A stretch of DNA of 63,560 nucleotides, filler included, from Octopus bimaculoides (GCF_001194135.2; 9 parts of 7 records of this genome joined end to end with filler, not necessarily neighbours in it); one strand, 5' to 3'. Shown: positions 28,076-40,759, counted from the whole stretch's first letter. Notes: generated from the letters alone by a model not told the origin. Numbers and translations: made by a program.

Positions 28076-28931
28076 GGATCTTTTTTAAAACGGGGGCCAC
28101 ATTTTTCATTAACGAAACACTTTGAAACTTGGAACACTGGTAGAATGTGTCATATAAAACATCTTTTTCTTTTAGTCTTCTTAAAAAAAAAGAAATCCAT
28201 AAGTTATTCCATGTTAAAGTTGTCGTATTTCTGTAATTTCAACCAATCACTGACGTCCATTCAGCCGATATACATTAAGTGCCGACTATATAAACAAACG
28301 ATTCTGAAACAATTAACCCTAACCCTAACCCTAACCCTAGGGTTAGGGTTAGGGTTAGGGTTAGGGTTAGGATTAGGGTTAGGGTTAAAGCAAATTTAAA
28401 ATGAAAAAAGCAAATAAAATGAAGGTATGGAGATTAAATACGCTTTACATCGCTTAATCAGCCAAAGGAGTAAATATAAACAACTGAATACTTGTCAGNN
28501 NNNNNNNNCCATTCAGCCGATATACATTAAGTGCCGACTATATAAACAAACGATTCTGAAACAATTAACCCTAACCCTAACCCTAACCCTAGGGTTAGGG
28601 TTAGGGTTAGGGTTAGGGTTAGGATTAGGGTTAGGGTTAAAGCAAATTTAAAATGAAAAAAGCAAATAAAATGAAGGTATGGAGATTAAATACGCTTTAC
28701 ATCGCTTAATCAGCCAAAGGAGTAAATATAAACAACTGAATACTTGTCAGTGATTGGTTGAAATTATCGAAATAAGACAATTTTTTTACATGAAATAAAT
28801 TCGAATACAAAAATATTTTTCTGTTCTATAACACAAAATAGATAAGTATACGAAGTTTGAAAGTCTTTCGGTACCAAAAACACTACGTAAAACATTAATG
28901 AAAAATGTGGCCCCCGTTTTAAAATAGATCC
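28076..28931. mobile_element. MITE with 8-bp TSD, GG termini and central telomeric-repeat palindrome
   Basis: About 37-bp TIRs GGATCT(T/A)TTTTAAAACGGGGGCCACATTTTTCATTAA; perfect TSD ggaaactc (28068-28075 / 28932-28939); inserted in a SINE. 28509-28750 is an assembly duplication, so true length is about 604 bp. Confidence 0.9.
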
Positions 28932-29425
28932 GGAAACTCTTCAGATGTGTGTGTGTGAGGTCGTGATCGTTGTAGTCATTGTTGTCGCCATCGTTGTCAT
29001 TGTTGTTGTCATCATCATCATTATTTAACATCTGTTTTTCATGCTTGTATAGGTTGTGTGCTTGTGTGCACGCGTGTGTATATGCATGTTTATTTGTTTG
29101 TATGTCTGTATGTCTGCTTACATCTGTAATCACTTGTATGAAAGTGCAACAGGGTAGTGTTGCTGTCAGTTTTGTCTGTCAACAAATCATCCGGGCACTT
29201 TGTGCTTTTGAAGTTGCATTGAATAAGTGATCCTGCACTAGAAAAGCATGTAAGGGTTAGCATCAAGAACAGCATCCAGTTGTAAAACAAAGTCTCAAGT
29301 AATAACTTTGTCCAACTCATGCAAGCATGGAGAGAGGGCTTTGCCGTCATTCATTAGGTGATACAAAAAATTTAATGATGTCTAACTAAGAGTAAAATAA
29401 CTGTAAGAGTAAAAATACAACTTAC

Positions 29426-29488
29426 CTTGCTAACTGTAATATATCTACACGGACTGTCGGTTACCAATATCTTGGTGGTAGGTTCTTG
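29426..29488 (-). CDS. EF-hand/WD40 protein, 63-nt exon
   Basis: ttgttttgtag|QEPTTKILVTDSPCRYITVSK|gtaag; phase 0-0. Gives RYITVSK|EG across the junction. Absent from the ORF track. Confidence 0.9.
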
Positions 29489-29574
29489 CTACAAAACAAA
29501 TAGAATATATGTAGGTGTACATATATACATGTATGTAAAAGAAGTTGAATATGCCCAAGGAGTCTTTTAGATGG

Positions 29575-29855
29575 TTTGTTTTTGTCTCTGCAGCAGACTT
29601 CCCAAATCTAACACAAAATTTCACGCTGGCTCTTCGTTCCAACTTGCTGTCCATATAAAAAATTGCAGACTACAACATACACGTGATCAAAAATACACAA
29701 ATTTTACAACTCGCAAAGTAAACACAGCAATGTCACTCAGCACACTGCTTCATGAAGGTCACTGCTAGCTCTCACTGCACATGCAACCATGTGCTGCCAT
29801 CTGTTGGCACACCACAAAACTAGTCCAGGAGCATTTTGATACCACTTTATATACA
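29575..29855 (-). mobile_element. Mariner 5' remnant (TIR plus transposase N-terminus)
   Basis: MDSKLERRASVKFCVRFGKSAAET from 29654; TIR-like gtatataaagtggtatcaaaatgctcctggact near 29822-29855. Confidence 0.75.
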
Positions 29856-30418
29856 AAGTGTACTAAGGAGAATATCTTAAATGGGTCTATGGCATGGATG
29901 TATATAATTCAAGTGAGTACTGATGTACTGAATAATGTATGGAAAGCACTCTTAATGAATTGAAATTTACCTCTTAGAGGAGAAAAAGAAAAACCTGGTG
30001 CTAATTATTGATTTCAGATTTTGGCACAAGGACAGAGGGGGTAAGTCGATTATATTGACCCCAGTACTCAACTGGTACTTATTTTATCAACCCTGAAAGG
30101 ATGAATGGCAAAGTTGAGCTCAGCAGTACTTGAACTCCGAATGTGAAGATGGATGAAATACTGCCAAGCATTTTGCCTAGAATGCCAACGGTTTTTACCA
30201 GCTCACAGCCTTAATAATATTGCTCATCATCATCATAATAATAATAATAATAATAATACAGAAAATTGCACTACTGGGCACTGCACACATCCTACGCAAA
30301 ACACTTTCAATACAGTAACCATAAGAGCATCACAGCATACCACAGCGCATACCCAAGGCACACAGAGCTGCGCTCGGTAGTGAAGTGAAAGCATGTTATA
30401 AAAATAAAACTACTGAAC

Positions 30419-30488
<70 letters not shown>

Positions 30489-30653
30489 GTAACATAAGCA
30501 ACAACAGCAACAATAGCAACAATAACAATGTCAACAACATTAACATCAATAACAACACTAGCAACAGCAACAATGATAGATAACAAAGGCAATTATAGGG
30601 GCAACATCACCAACAATAATGTCAGCAACAATAACGACAACATCATAACTTAC

Positions 30654-30800
30654 TCTGTTTGGCACTACGTGTCTGATCTTTGGCTCCTGAAGAAATGGTA
30701 TTTCTTTCTTTGTGCGAATGTAGTCGTTTTCTCTATAGAGTAAGAGAAGGTAGGTACAGAACTCATTCCAGTCCACATAGCCATCACAGGAGGTGTCCAG
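30654..30800 (-). CDS. EF-hand/WD40 protein, EF-hand exon
   Basis: tctccag|LDTSCDGYVDWNEFCTYLLLLYRENDYIRTKKEIPFLQEPKIRHVVPNR|gtaagt; 147 nt, phase 0-0. DTSCDGYVDWNE is a canonical 12-residue EF-hand loop. Confidence 0.93.
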
Positions 30801-32684
30801 CTGGAGACAAACAGACAGGCAAACAGAAAGAGAGAGAGAGAGAGAGAGAAGTATTGAGAGCCAATAAAGAAGCTTCTATGTGGTTGGTTGATTTACCAGA
30901 AATAGCAGCTACAGCTCACACAAATCACATTTAACATATCATCATCATCATTGTCATCAGTTAACATCCACTTTTCTATTGGAAGGAATTTTCTTTAAAT
31001 GGATTTTTCAACAGCCAGACGCCCTTCTTGTTACCAATCCTCATCTGTTTTCACATAATGGTAATATTCCTGATGGCCAGATATGTTTTTCATGGAGGAT
31101 TGAAAACAAAGGATACTGCATGTATAACAGTAACACTCGTTTACAGCTATCACATGAAGTCGAAGCAAGAAGACAGTAACACACAAACACACATTATATG
31201 TCAAGCTTCTTTCAGTTTCTGTCTACCAAATCCACACACAAGGGTGGAGGTACATGGCTCAGTGGTTAGGGTGTTGAACTAATGATTGTAAGATTGTGGT
31301 TTTGATTCCTGGACGAGGCGGCATGTTTTGTTCCTGAGCAAAACACTTCATTTCATTTGTCCACCTAACTGGCAAAAATGAGTAATCCTGTGACAGACTG
31401 GCATCCCACCCAGGTGGGGAACTTATATATCATGGGAACTGGGAAAGCAGCCCTTACGAGTCAATATGACTCAAGAAGCTAACTTAACTTACTTTTATTC
31501 ACAAAACTTTGGTCAACCTGGGTTGATAGTAGAAGACACTTGAAAATCTTGAAAAAAAAACTGAATAATGACATACATACATACATACATACATACATAC
31601 ATGCACGGACGATGGAATCCTCCATCAGAGACAATGTATGAGTGTTCAGTTTTAGCTGAATGACTTGCACAATTGATTTATTTATAGAGACCAAATGTAT
31701 GTGCTGTACATTATGTCATTTCCTCCATCAAATTGACGTTGCCCGAACAGGTGGTTGGTGTACCATATGTCAGTTGTCAAAGTGATCGCAGAACAACTTG
31801 AGATAAAGTGTTTTGCTCAAGAACACAGCACACCACCCAGTCTAGGAATTGAAACCTTGATCTCACAATTGAGAGTGCAAAACCCAAACTACCAGGCCAT
31901 GCACTCTCCCTCTCTCTCTCTCTCTCACACACACATGCATGCATATATACATACACAAATGCTGAACTATTGAAAAATTTACAATTACTCTATCCCAATT
32001 ACAAGTTCGGGCTTATACCCATGATTATTTGGGTACTGAGATATGTTAGAAACTGCCTAAGCCCCAATCTGGAGAAATTAGGCTTTTCAAAACCAGAAAA
32101 GAGAAAGCTGATTTGAAGACTACAGATCCAAACCATCACTGGAACTGTAAAAATCTGTAAAACATTCCAAAAGTTTACCATTTAAGCATATATGCACATG
32201 TCTATAAATGCAACAATATGCATGGGAATACATACATAAAACAAAACAAAAATCTGCACATGCATTCACTCCAAATACTGCACATATACACATATACATG
32301 CAAAAATACGCTGTTGTTGTTGGTGAAATTCCAATGAAGGAGCCTTGGATCTAGGTTAAAAACTGGCTTTTTCTCTATTGGCAAGAAATCTTGAAATAAA
32401 ATTGAATAATGACATCCATGCATATGTATGAACATACATGCATACATATGAAAGGTTTCTTTTAGTTTCTGTCTACTAAATCCATCTACAAGGCTTTGGT
32501 TGACTTGGCGTTATAGTATAACACACTTGCCCAAGGTGCCATGCAGTGGGACTGAACCTGAAACCACATAGTTGGTAAGCAACATATGATTTACCTGTGG
32601 TAAATCAATGACAGCAGTGAGGAATCAACAAATATTCTGTTAGCTACACTGAACTTACACAATTGTGATTTTAAAATGTGAAAC

Positions 32685-33294
32685 CCTTTTGCATTTAAAT
32701 TGATCATATCCAGCCCAAATATTCAACCTGTTTTATATTCAAAGTGGTCAGATCTGACCTCTAACACCAACACTACAATATCATTCTAAAAATAAACAAT
32801 CATCATCGTCTTCATCATCATTTAGCATCCATTTTCCATGTCAGCATGGGTTAGACAATTTGATTGGAACTAGTAAACCAGGGAGCTGTACCAGACTCCA
32901 GTCTGATTTTGGCTTGGTTTCTACAGCTGGATGCTCTTCCTAATGCCAACCACTCCAAGAGTGTAGTGGGTATTTTTTACATACCACAGTCACTGGTGCC
33001 TTTCACGTGTCACCGACATAAGTACCTTTTATGTGTCACCATCACAGGTATCTGTTGCATGTCACTGGCACAGACCATGACTATGGTTTCACTTGGCCTG
33101 ACAAGTCTTCTGAAGCACAGCAAACTGCTACAGATGTCAATCATTTGTCATTGTCTCTATGAGACCCAAAATCCAAAGATCATGCTTCACATCATCAAAA
33201 TCTCAAAGCTATGAGATAATGCATGATGGCTTCAAAAAAATGTGAATCAATATGCATTAGATTTGACAGAATAATCTGAATGCTAAAGGGTTAA
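32685..33294. mobile_element. piggyBac-type MITE interrupted by an RTE 3' fragment (32810-33190)
   Basis: Termini acccttttgcatt and aatgctaaagggttaa flank a (CAT)n-tailed RTE 3'UTR copy. Confidence 0.65.
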
Positions 33295-33371
33295 GATTCC
33301 CAAAAAGATAAGAAAAAAAATGAGCAAAAACATAGAGTAAAAATAATACAAGGAGAAATAACTAAGCATAC

Positions 33372-33627
33372 CTTAGTAAATAGTTTCCCAATGTAGTCTC
33401 GGTATTCTTCAGTTCCTAAAACTTTAGCAATTGCTTCATTAAATTCCTGCTGATTCATACATCCTGGTTTACGTTTCTCCACCTGGGAAGATGTGAAATA
33501 ACCACAGTCCTTGTGCAATATTATATCATCTGGTTTATGGCACTGGAAGTGTTGCATCAGTTGCTCAAGGTGGTGTAATTTGATCTTCTCCTCAAGACGG
33601 AGCTTGTTTGGCAGGTCCTTATCAAAG
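33372..33627 (-). CDS. EF-hand/WD40 protein (WDY/WDR49/EFCAB8/WDR64 family), first recognisable coding exon
   Basis: Translates (S)FDKDLPNKLRLEEKIKLHHLEQLMQHFQCHKPDD...GCMNQQEFNEAIAKVLGTEEYRDYIGKLFTK. Donor AAG|gtatgc, phase 0, joins the next exon as K|LDTSCDG. The 5' boundary is uncertain (AG acceptors give 33627 or 33617), and an in-frame stop upstream means an acceptor is required. Confidence 0.85.
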
Positions 33628-33974
33628 CTTGCATATGTGATGGTGATGGCGGTGGAAGTGGTAGTAGTTGGTGGTGGTTGTCGTGAAGGTGATGGCAGCA
33701 GTGTTGGTAATAGTAGTAGTAGTAGAGGTTATGGAGGTAGAAGTAGGAGGAGGGGAGGGAGAGAGAGAGGGAAAGAGAGAAAGAGAGAGAGAAAGAGAAA
33801 GAGAGAAAAAGTATAATTTACTCATCATCATATTAATGATAATCATTATCATTGTAAACATCATCATCTTCATCATCATCATCATAATAATAATCGTTGT
33901 GTGTGCACGTGTGTGTGAAAGTGCTTGTGCCTTTAATAGCAAGGAGGGAGTGTATATATATATATATATATATC

Positions 33975-34465
33975 ATCATCATCATCATCATCGTTTAACG
34001 TCCGCTTTCCATGCTAGCATGGGTTGGACGATTTGACTGAGGACTGGTGAAACCGGATGGCAACACCAGGCTCCAGTCTGATTTGGCAGAGTTTCTACAG
34101 CTGGATGCCCTTCCTAACGCCAACCACTCAGAGAGTGTAGTGGGTGCTTTTACGTGTCACCTGCACGAAAACGGCCACGCTCGAAATGGTGTCTTTTATG
34201 TGCCACCCGCACAAGCCAGTCCAGGGGCACTGGCAACGATCTCGCTCGAAAATCCTACAGGAGCCAGTCAGGCGGTACTGGCAACGGCCACGCTCAAAAT
34301 GGTGCATCTCATGTGCCACCCGCACAAGAACCAGTCCAGGGGCACTGGCAACGATCTTACTTGGCTTGCCGGGTCTTCTCACGCACAGCCCATTTCCAAA
34401 GGTCTCGGTCCGTAGTCATCGCCTCGGTGAGGCCCAATGTACGAAGGTCTTGCCTCACCACCTCA
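33975..34465 (-). mobile_element. 5'-truncated RTE-clade LINE (ORF2 C-terminus, 3'UTR, (GAT)n tail)
   Basis: Minus strand 34465-34355 reads AEVVRQDLRTLGLTEAMTTDRDLWKWAVREKTRQAK*; 3'UTR contains internal tandem subrepeats; ends in (GAT)n. Confidence 0.85.
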
Positions 34466-34467
34466 GC

Positions 34468-34498
<31 letters not shown>

Positions 34499-35371
34499 TG
34501 AATAGATATTCAAAAAATATTAAAATATTTATATAGATATTATTATTGATTATTATTATTAGTAAAATAGATAACAACAATAATATAAGTGGCTAGCAAG
34601 CAAAAGCTGATAAATGGCAAATCCAGAATTTTATGATTAATTTATAACTATAAGAGAGTACACAAGGTGCCCTATTTTGCTGTAAAAATCAGAGTCGAAA
34701 ACTCCTCTAATAAACAACCAATCCCAGGAAATACAACGCACAACAGAATTTGAAATCAATTGATCCAGGGATATCTATTTGCTCATTCTGTTTTCTCATA
34801 TATATATGCATATGTTTATGTATATGTATATCAATCCATCTGTTCGTCCGTCCGTTCGTCTGTCTGTCTGTCTGTTTGTCTATCCATCTATATATATACA
34901 TACACACACATACACATATCATCATCATCATCATTTAACCTCCATTGTTCATGCTGGCATAAGATGGGATGGTTTGACAGGAACATGCAGGTCAGAAGTC
35001 AAGAACAAACTCTGCTGTCTGCTTTGGCATGGTTTCTATGGTTGGATGACCTTTCTTAATGCCAACCACTTTACAGAGTGCACTGGGTGCTTTTGTGTAG
35101 CATCAGCAACAGTGAGGTGACCAAATAACTTTGCAGGACAAGACCCCCTCAGCTGGGGGGAGTAGTATTGAGGGACGAAAGTATCTTGCATTAGAAGAGA
35201 CACAAGGCTTCTTTGATGGGGAAAAGAGAGAGGAGAGAAAGATGGTGGAGATGTGACAGAGAGGGGGCAGGAACCATGGATTGGAGAGGGTAGGCAGGTG
35301 GGTAGGTTCACAAGATTTCGGAATGAGAATGGGAGCTAGAGGAAGGGGATAAGGGATACACACACACATAT

Positions 35372-35430
<59 letters not shown>

Positions 35431-35589
35431 TATATATGGGATAAAGACCACTCAACTATTACTGCATGACAGTAAGATTGAATAAAATCAAAAAAATGTA
35501 TTTTTAATTTTTATCAATAGTTTAACAAATAATGCAAGTTTAACTTTCAAATTGACATGTGAAATGAAGAAGAGAAAAAAATATAATGC

Positions 35590-36560
35590 AAATTATATTC
35601 AGTATTTTATTGAACTTCTTTTAGACAGCAATTCTTCTGGACATGAATTCCACCAGATTTTTGCACATTTCCTTTATTTCATTATCTCTGTGTCACACTT
35701 GAATAACGATTTCTTGTTTCACTCAAATTGACTGGATTTAAATCTGGTGAAGACAGAAGTTAATCAAGCAGTGTTACACCATGTTAATGAAAGGAGTTTA
35801 TTGAATGTATGCTCACATGAATTGGTGCATTATCTTGCAGAAAAAATGCCACCAGAATTTGAAAACTGGGCATGTAAATACAGCACAATGTGGCACTCAA
35901 TGTTGGCCTTTATATAACATTTACTATCAAGCTTTTCCTTCAACAACATGGCCACATCCAGTTTCCCCATAGTAAACACTTGCTCAGATTATTACATGCA
36001 CAAGATGTTTGAGTGTTTTTAAGAAATGGTCCAGTGTTAATGGTGGACCATCTAATAAAAAAAAAGTTTGGCAATCATCTATAATTTGAATCATTGTCTC
36101 AACGCTAAAAATTACAATTTTCCATTGTTGCACAGTCCATTTCTGGTGTTTGAGTGTCCATTCATGTTGTTTAGTAGCAAGTGGATATTTTAGTGACTTT
36201 ATGGCACAAATGCCTGATTTATTCATTGCCTGCTGTACAGTGCATAACATCATCACTTTTTGGTTCAAGTTGATTTTTAACATCAGGTGAAGTACTTTGA
36301 GGGTTTTTGACTGAAATTTGCCTCATATGACAAAGGTCACATATTCATCAATAGCCCAATTGTGACCACCACAATTTTCATATCAAGCGTTTTCACTTCT
36401 TTTGTACTGACTAAATAATTTATATTGATTAAATAATTCCTGTAACACTGCTTTGGTTAATTTTTATGTAGTTTGCAATCTGTTGATGAGACATAGAAGT
36501 GTTTTCATGAAGTGGTATAATTTTGACTCATTTCTCTTCACAGTTCATTTTTTTGCAGAT
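35590..36560 (-). mobile_element. Tc1-like (DD34E) transposase remnant
   Basis: KHQKWTVQQWKIVIFSVET, FLQDNAP, SPDLNP and KNLVEFMSRRIAV motifs across frameshifts and stops. Confidence 0.8.
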
Positions 36561-37246
36561 ATCATCAAATTAAATTTCTGCTCTGGCAGAAGGTAATGGC
36601 GAACTTCTGCTGACTCTTTCGCCACAACTTTTTCTCACTATTTTCTCCTGCATCTGGCAGCTCACCTGCGACAGACCGGTGTCCCATACAGGTGGGGAAC
36701 CTATACGCCAAGGAAACCGGGAAACCGGCCCTTATGAGCCAGGCATGGCTCAAGAAGGAACAAACAATATATATATATATGTATCCAACCCATGCTAGCA
36801 TGGAAAGCAGACATTAAACGATGATGATGTATGTATAATGCTACATGGTAAATATAATTTTTATCATTTTTCAAAAATACTTTGTACATGCAATGCGAAA
36901 TTTACTGAAAACAAAAGAAAAATATCATTGAATAAGATCAAAATTTTTTTATGCAACATTGCTGTCACACACTTTACATTGACATTATTAACGGAGACAT
37001 ACAACATGAAATTGAAGATCTACCATAGCTAATGGGTGACAGAGATTCCTGGCCCTGCATTGTGTGACAGATCTCAATTATGGTCACTGGAAGAAGAAGG
37101 AGAAAAAGGAGGAAAAGAAGAAGAAAGAGGACAAAGAGGAGGAGAAGAAAAAGATTGATAATACATATGTATATATACATATGTATTATAGGTATGTATA
37201 TATGTGTGTGTACATATATATATATGTATATATGTGTATATATATA

Positions 37247-37298
<52 letters not shown>

Positions 37299-37403
37299 CA
37301 TACATACATACATATATACATACATACATACATATATACATACATACATGCACACGCACCTCTGCATATACATACACATACATGTGTGTGTGTGTGTGCG
37401 TGC

Positions 37404-37441
<38 letters not shown>

Positions 37442-38014
37442 GTGTGTTGACTGATTGATTGTAAAATTGAAACCAACAACAAATGGATAACTTATCAGGA
37501 AAGACAAAAATAAAGAAAAAATAAAAGATAAAACTTATGTTGTGTTACCTTGGTAGCAACATATACATGTGTGGTGCTGCTAATAGCATAGTTCCTGGTT
37601 GGGTGGATGAGGTGGGATGAAACGAGTTTTAGCTGTCATTGTTGCATAACCCCAGGGCAACCCTGATCAAGCAAGCCTTATCAGTAAAATCATTCCAGCT
37701 ATAACAACCCTGTCTTTGTATATCAGGGATAACATTATCCAATCATTTCTTCTCTCTCTTTTTTTTAAGTAGTGAATGATTTGAGGGAGATTTGGCTGCT
37801 TGCTGTGTTTAGTATTTCAAGCAAACTCCTTGGTATCCTCTAGTTGGTTTGTTGATAATTCTGATACTAACAGGGAGAATGTGGTTGGTTGATTTGATTG
37901 AGAGCATCCCCCAATCAAATAAATTAGTAGCTTGCATCCTATCATCACCACACTGTTCTGTCTCTGACCAATAAAATGAACTTTGAACAGTTGAGTTTAA
38001 CTAGCTCTAAGTAG

Positions 38015-38450
38015 GTACCATACTAAGGCATATTCCACCTCACTGTAAGCTGGTACCACAGTGTGGTACAGTTCCCCTTGCTGTATGTAGATAACACACC
38101 ATGGTACAATCCACCTAGTTGTATGTCGGTATATCAGTGACATTCATTATTCTAAACACTAACAGGTACAACATTGATGTAATGATATACAGTCCACATG
38201 GATGTAAGTAGGTATGACATTGAAATACAGTCTACCTAGCTGTATATAAATACCACACCATGGTACAATCCACCTAGTTGTATAGTAGGTATATCAGTGA
38301 CATTCATTATTCCATTGATGCAATGATATACAGTTCACATGGCTGTAAGTAGGTATTACTGTAAAAATACAGTCTGCCTAGCTGTATATAGGTCCCAGGG
38401 TGAGGTGCAGTACAGCAAACTATAAATAAGTACCACAGTGAGGTATACTT
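38015..38450. repeat. Degenerate ~37-bp minisatellite with higher-order duplication
   Basis: Recurrent gtaggtaccacagtgtggtacagtccacctagctgtat-like unit; acaccatggtacaatccacctagttgtat and atatcagtgacattcattattc each occur twice about 160 bp apart. Confidence 0.75.
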
Positions 38451-38452
38451 AA

Positions 38453-38672
38453 CCATTTAGCATTTAGATTACTCTGTCAAAAGTAGTGCTTATTAATTCA
38501 CATTGTTTTGAATTAATCATGTATTATTTTGTAGCTTGGAGATTTCGATGAGGTTACTGTTAATTTTTAGAATGATATTGTAGGGTTGGTGTGAAAGGCT
38601 AGATCTGGCTGATTGGCACATAAAAGTTGTAGAATATTTTGGTTGAATATGACCGGTTGAAATGCTAAAAGG
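38453..38672. mobile_element. piggyBac-type MITE
   Basis: TTAA on both sides; termini ccatttagcatt / aatgctaaaagg. Related sequence at about 24914-25460, 32685-33294 and 60140-60270. Confidence 0.8.
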
Positions 38673-38857
38673 TTAAGAGAGTAGTGAAATATGGTGAAGT
38701 GTTATATAGTACAGTGTAATGTAGGAGTGAATTAGTCTTATATTGTGTAATGGTGTAGAAATATACATGGTTCTTAGTAGGTACAATGTATTGAGCCTGC
38801 TACTAATAATAATAAGGGCCTGAGGAGATGCAGCATCCCATATTTTATAATATATAT

Positions 38858-38889
<32 letters not shown>

Positions 38890-38916
38890 CATCACAAATA
38901 TGTGTGTGATTGTGCA

Positions 38917-38957
<41 letters not shown>

Positions 38958-39159
38958 TCTCTTATGTTACCAGAAACAAACTAACAAAACAAGATGAATA
39001 ACCAAATGATTGAACATTATTTTTATTAGGACTAATTAAATAATGACTCATCATAAAGTCTTAGGGTAATAAGTTGTCGATCTTAAACTGTAGTGCTGTA
39101 ATCTTTTTCTCTCTTTCTTTGCTGGAATGACAGAGCAAACAACGAGAGAGAGGAAAATC

Positions 39160-39422
39160 ATCATCATCATCATCATCATCGTTTAACGTCCGCTTTCCAT
39201 GCTAGCATGGGTTGGACGATTTGACTGAGGACTGGTGAAACCGGATGGCAACACCAGGCTCCAGTCTGATTTGGCAGAGTTTCTACAGCTGGATGCCCTT
39301 CCTAACGCCAACCACTCAGAGAGTGTAGTGGGTGCTTTTACGTGTCACCCGCACGAAAACGGCCACGCTCGAAATGGTGTCTTTTATGTGCCACCCGCAC
39401 AAGCCAGTCCAGGGGCACTGGC
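39160..39422 (-). mobile_element. RTE LINE 3' end, near-identical to the 34-kb copy
   Basis: By eye one mismatch over about 250 bp versus 33985-34232; runs into a gap. Confidence 0.85.
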
Positions 39423-39693
39423 NNNNNNNNNNNNNNNNNNNNNNNNNNNNNNNNNNNNNNNNNNNNTTAATTAATTAANNNNNNNNNNNNNNNNNNNNNN
39501 NNNNNNNNNNNNNNNNNNNNNNATATATATTCACTAAAATAGTCTCTATTTCTTTCTCCTTCTCTTTCTGTTACACACATACTCACACACACACCCCTCC
39601 ACCCATGCGCATGTAATGTAGTCTTTTCATCCTTCCATTTATCTTATCTTGCTATTTATTCCTCTGTCCTTCCTTTCCAACATCTATCAATCC

Positions 39694-39727
<34 letters not shown>

Positions 39728-39947
39728 TTATTTGTTTATCTGTCTGTCTGTCTGTCTGTCTGCGTACACATCCGCTTGCTTGCTTGCATATCTCTCTGCC
39801 TGTCTGTCCCTCTGTCTGTCTGTTTGCTGCTCTATCAATTTTTCTCTGTCTCGCATATTTTTATTTCAAATATTGTTTGTCCTCCTTTCTCACTGTCCAT
39901 TCTTATTCATTTTATTCCATGTAGCCAGTCTCCCCTTTACGTACATA

Positions 39948-40007
<60 letters not shown>

Positions 40008-40027
40008 GACACACACACACACACACA

Positions 40028-40083
<56 letters not shown>

Positions 40084-40203
40084 ACACACACAAACTCACA
40101 CACGACAACAACACGTATATAACAGATACAAAGACAGAGTGGAAGATAGATAGATAGAAAGAAAGATAGATAGACGGATAGATAGATAGATAGATAGATA
40201 GAT

Positions 40204-40264
<61 letters not shown>

Positions 40265-40759
40265 TAGACAGACAGACAAAGAGAGAGAGAGGGGGAGACT
40301 CATGCAACAATATTTAGAACAGTAACAACAACACCAGCAGTCACGAAAGATGAAAAAAAATCTGTGTATAAAGCTGCGGTATTTTTTTTTCAGTTTATCT
40401 CTTTTATTTTTTTAATATTTGTACAGAAATAAGTGTCATTTGCCATCTGCAATCTGGAACAAATAACGCTGGAAATGACTGTTAATCGGTGATAAATATA
40501 ATAGGTAGACGAGTGAATGACGGGATAGAATTTTGGGAATAGGAGAAAGAAATATTAACGGAAGGATTCTGATATAAAATCGACCATAGTAAAATGGTAG
40601 GTACTGAATTTATCTAGCCGAAAGGATAAGTGATCTTGATTCGAACAAGAGCGCAAATTATCGTAAACACACACACACACACACACATGTATATGAAAAT
40701 GTATATATGTATGTGTGTATATGGTTGTGTGTACTGAAGGTGCTTTCTTGCTTCATGTT

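Noticed and set aside
28313-28388. Telomere-fusion scar
   Set aside because: Orientation is CCCTAA then TTAGGG, the opposite of an end-to-end fusion, and it lies inside a TSD-flanked MITE.
28257-28750. Tandem duplication of 242 bp including the telomeric palindrome
   Set aside because: Identical copies separated by 10 N: unmerged contig overlap.
37540-37600. Possible upstream exon of the WD40 gene (MLLAAPHMYMLLP, donor aag|gtaaca, phase-compatible)
   Set aside because: Lies in repeat-like sequence, has no family resemblance, and such a donor is expected by chance.
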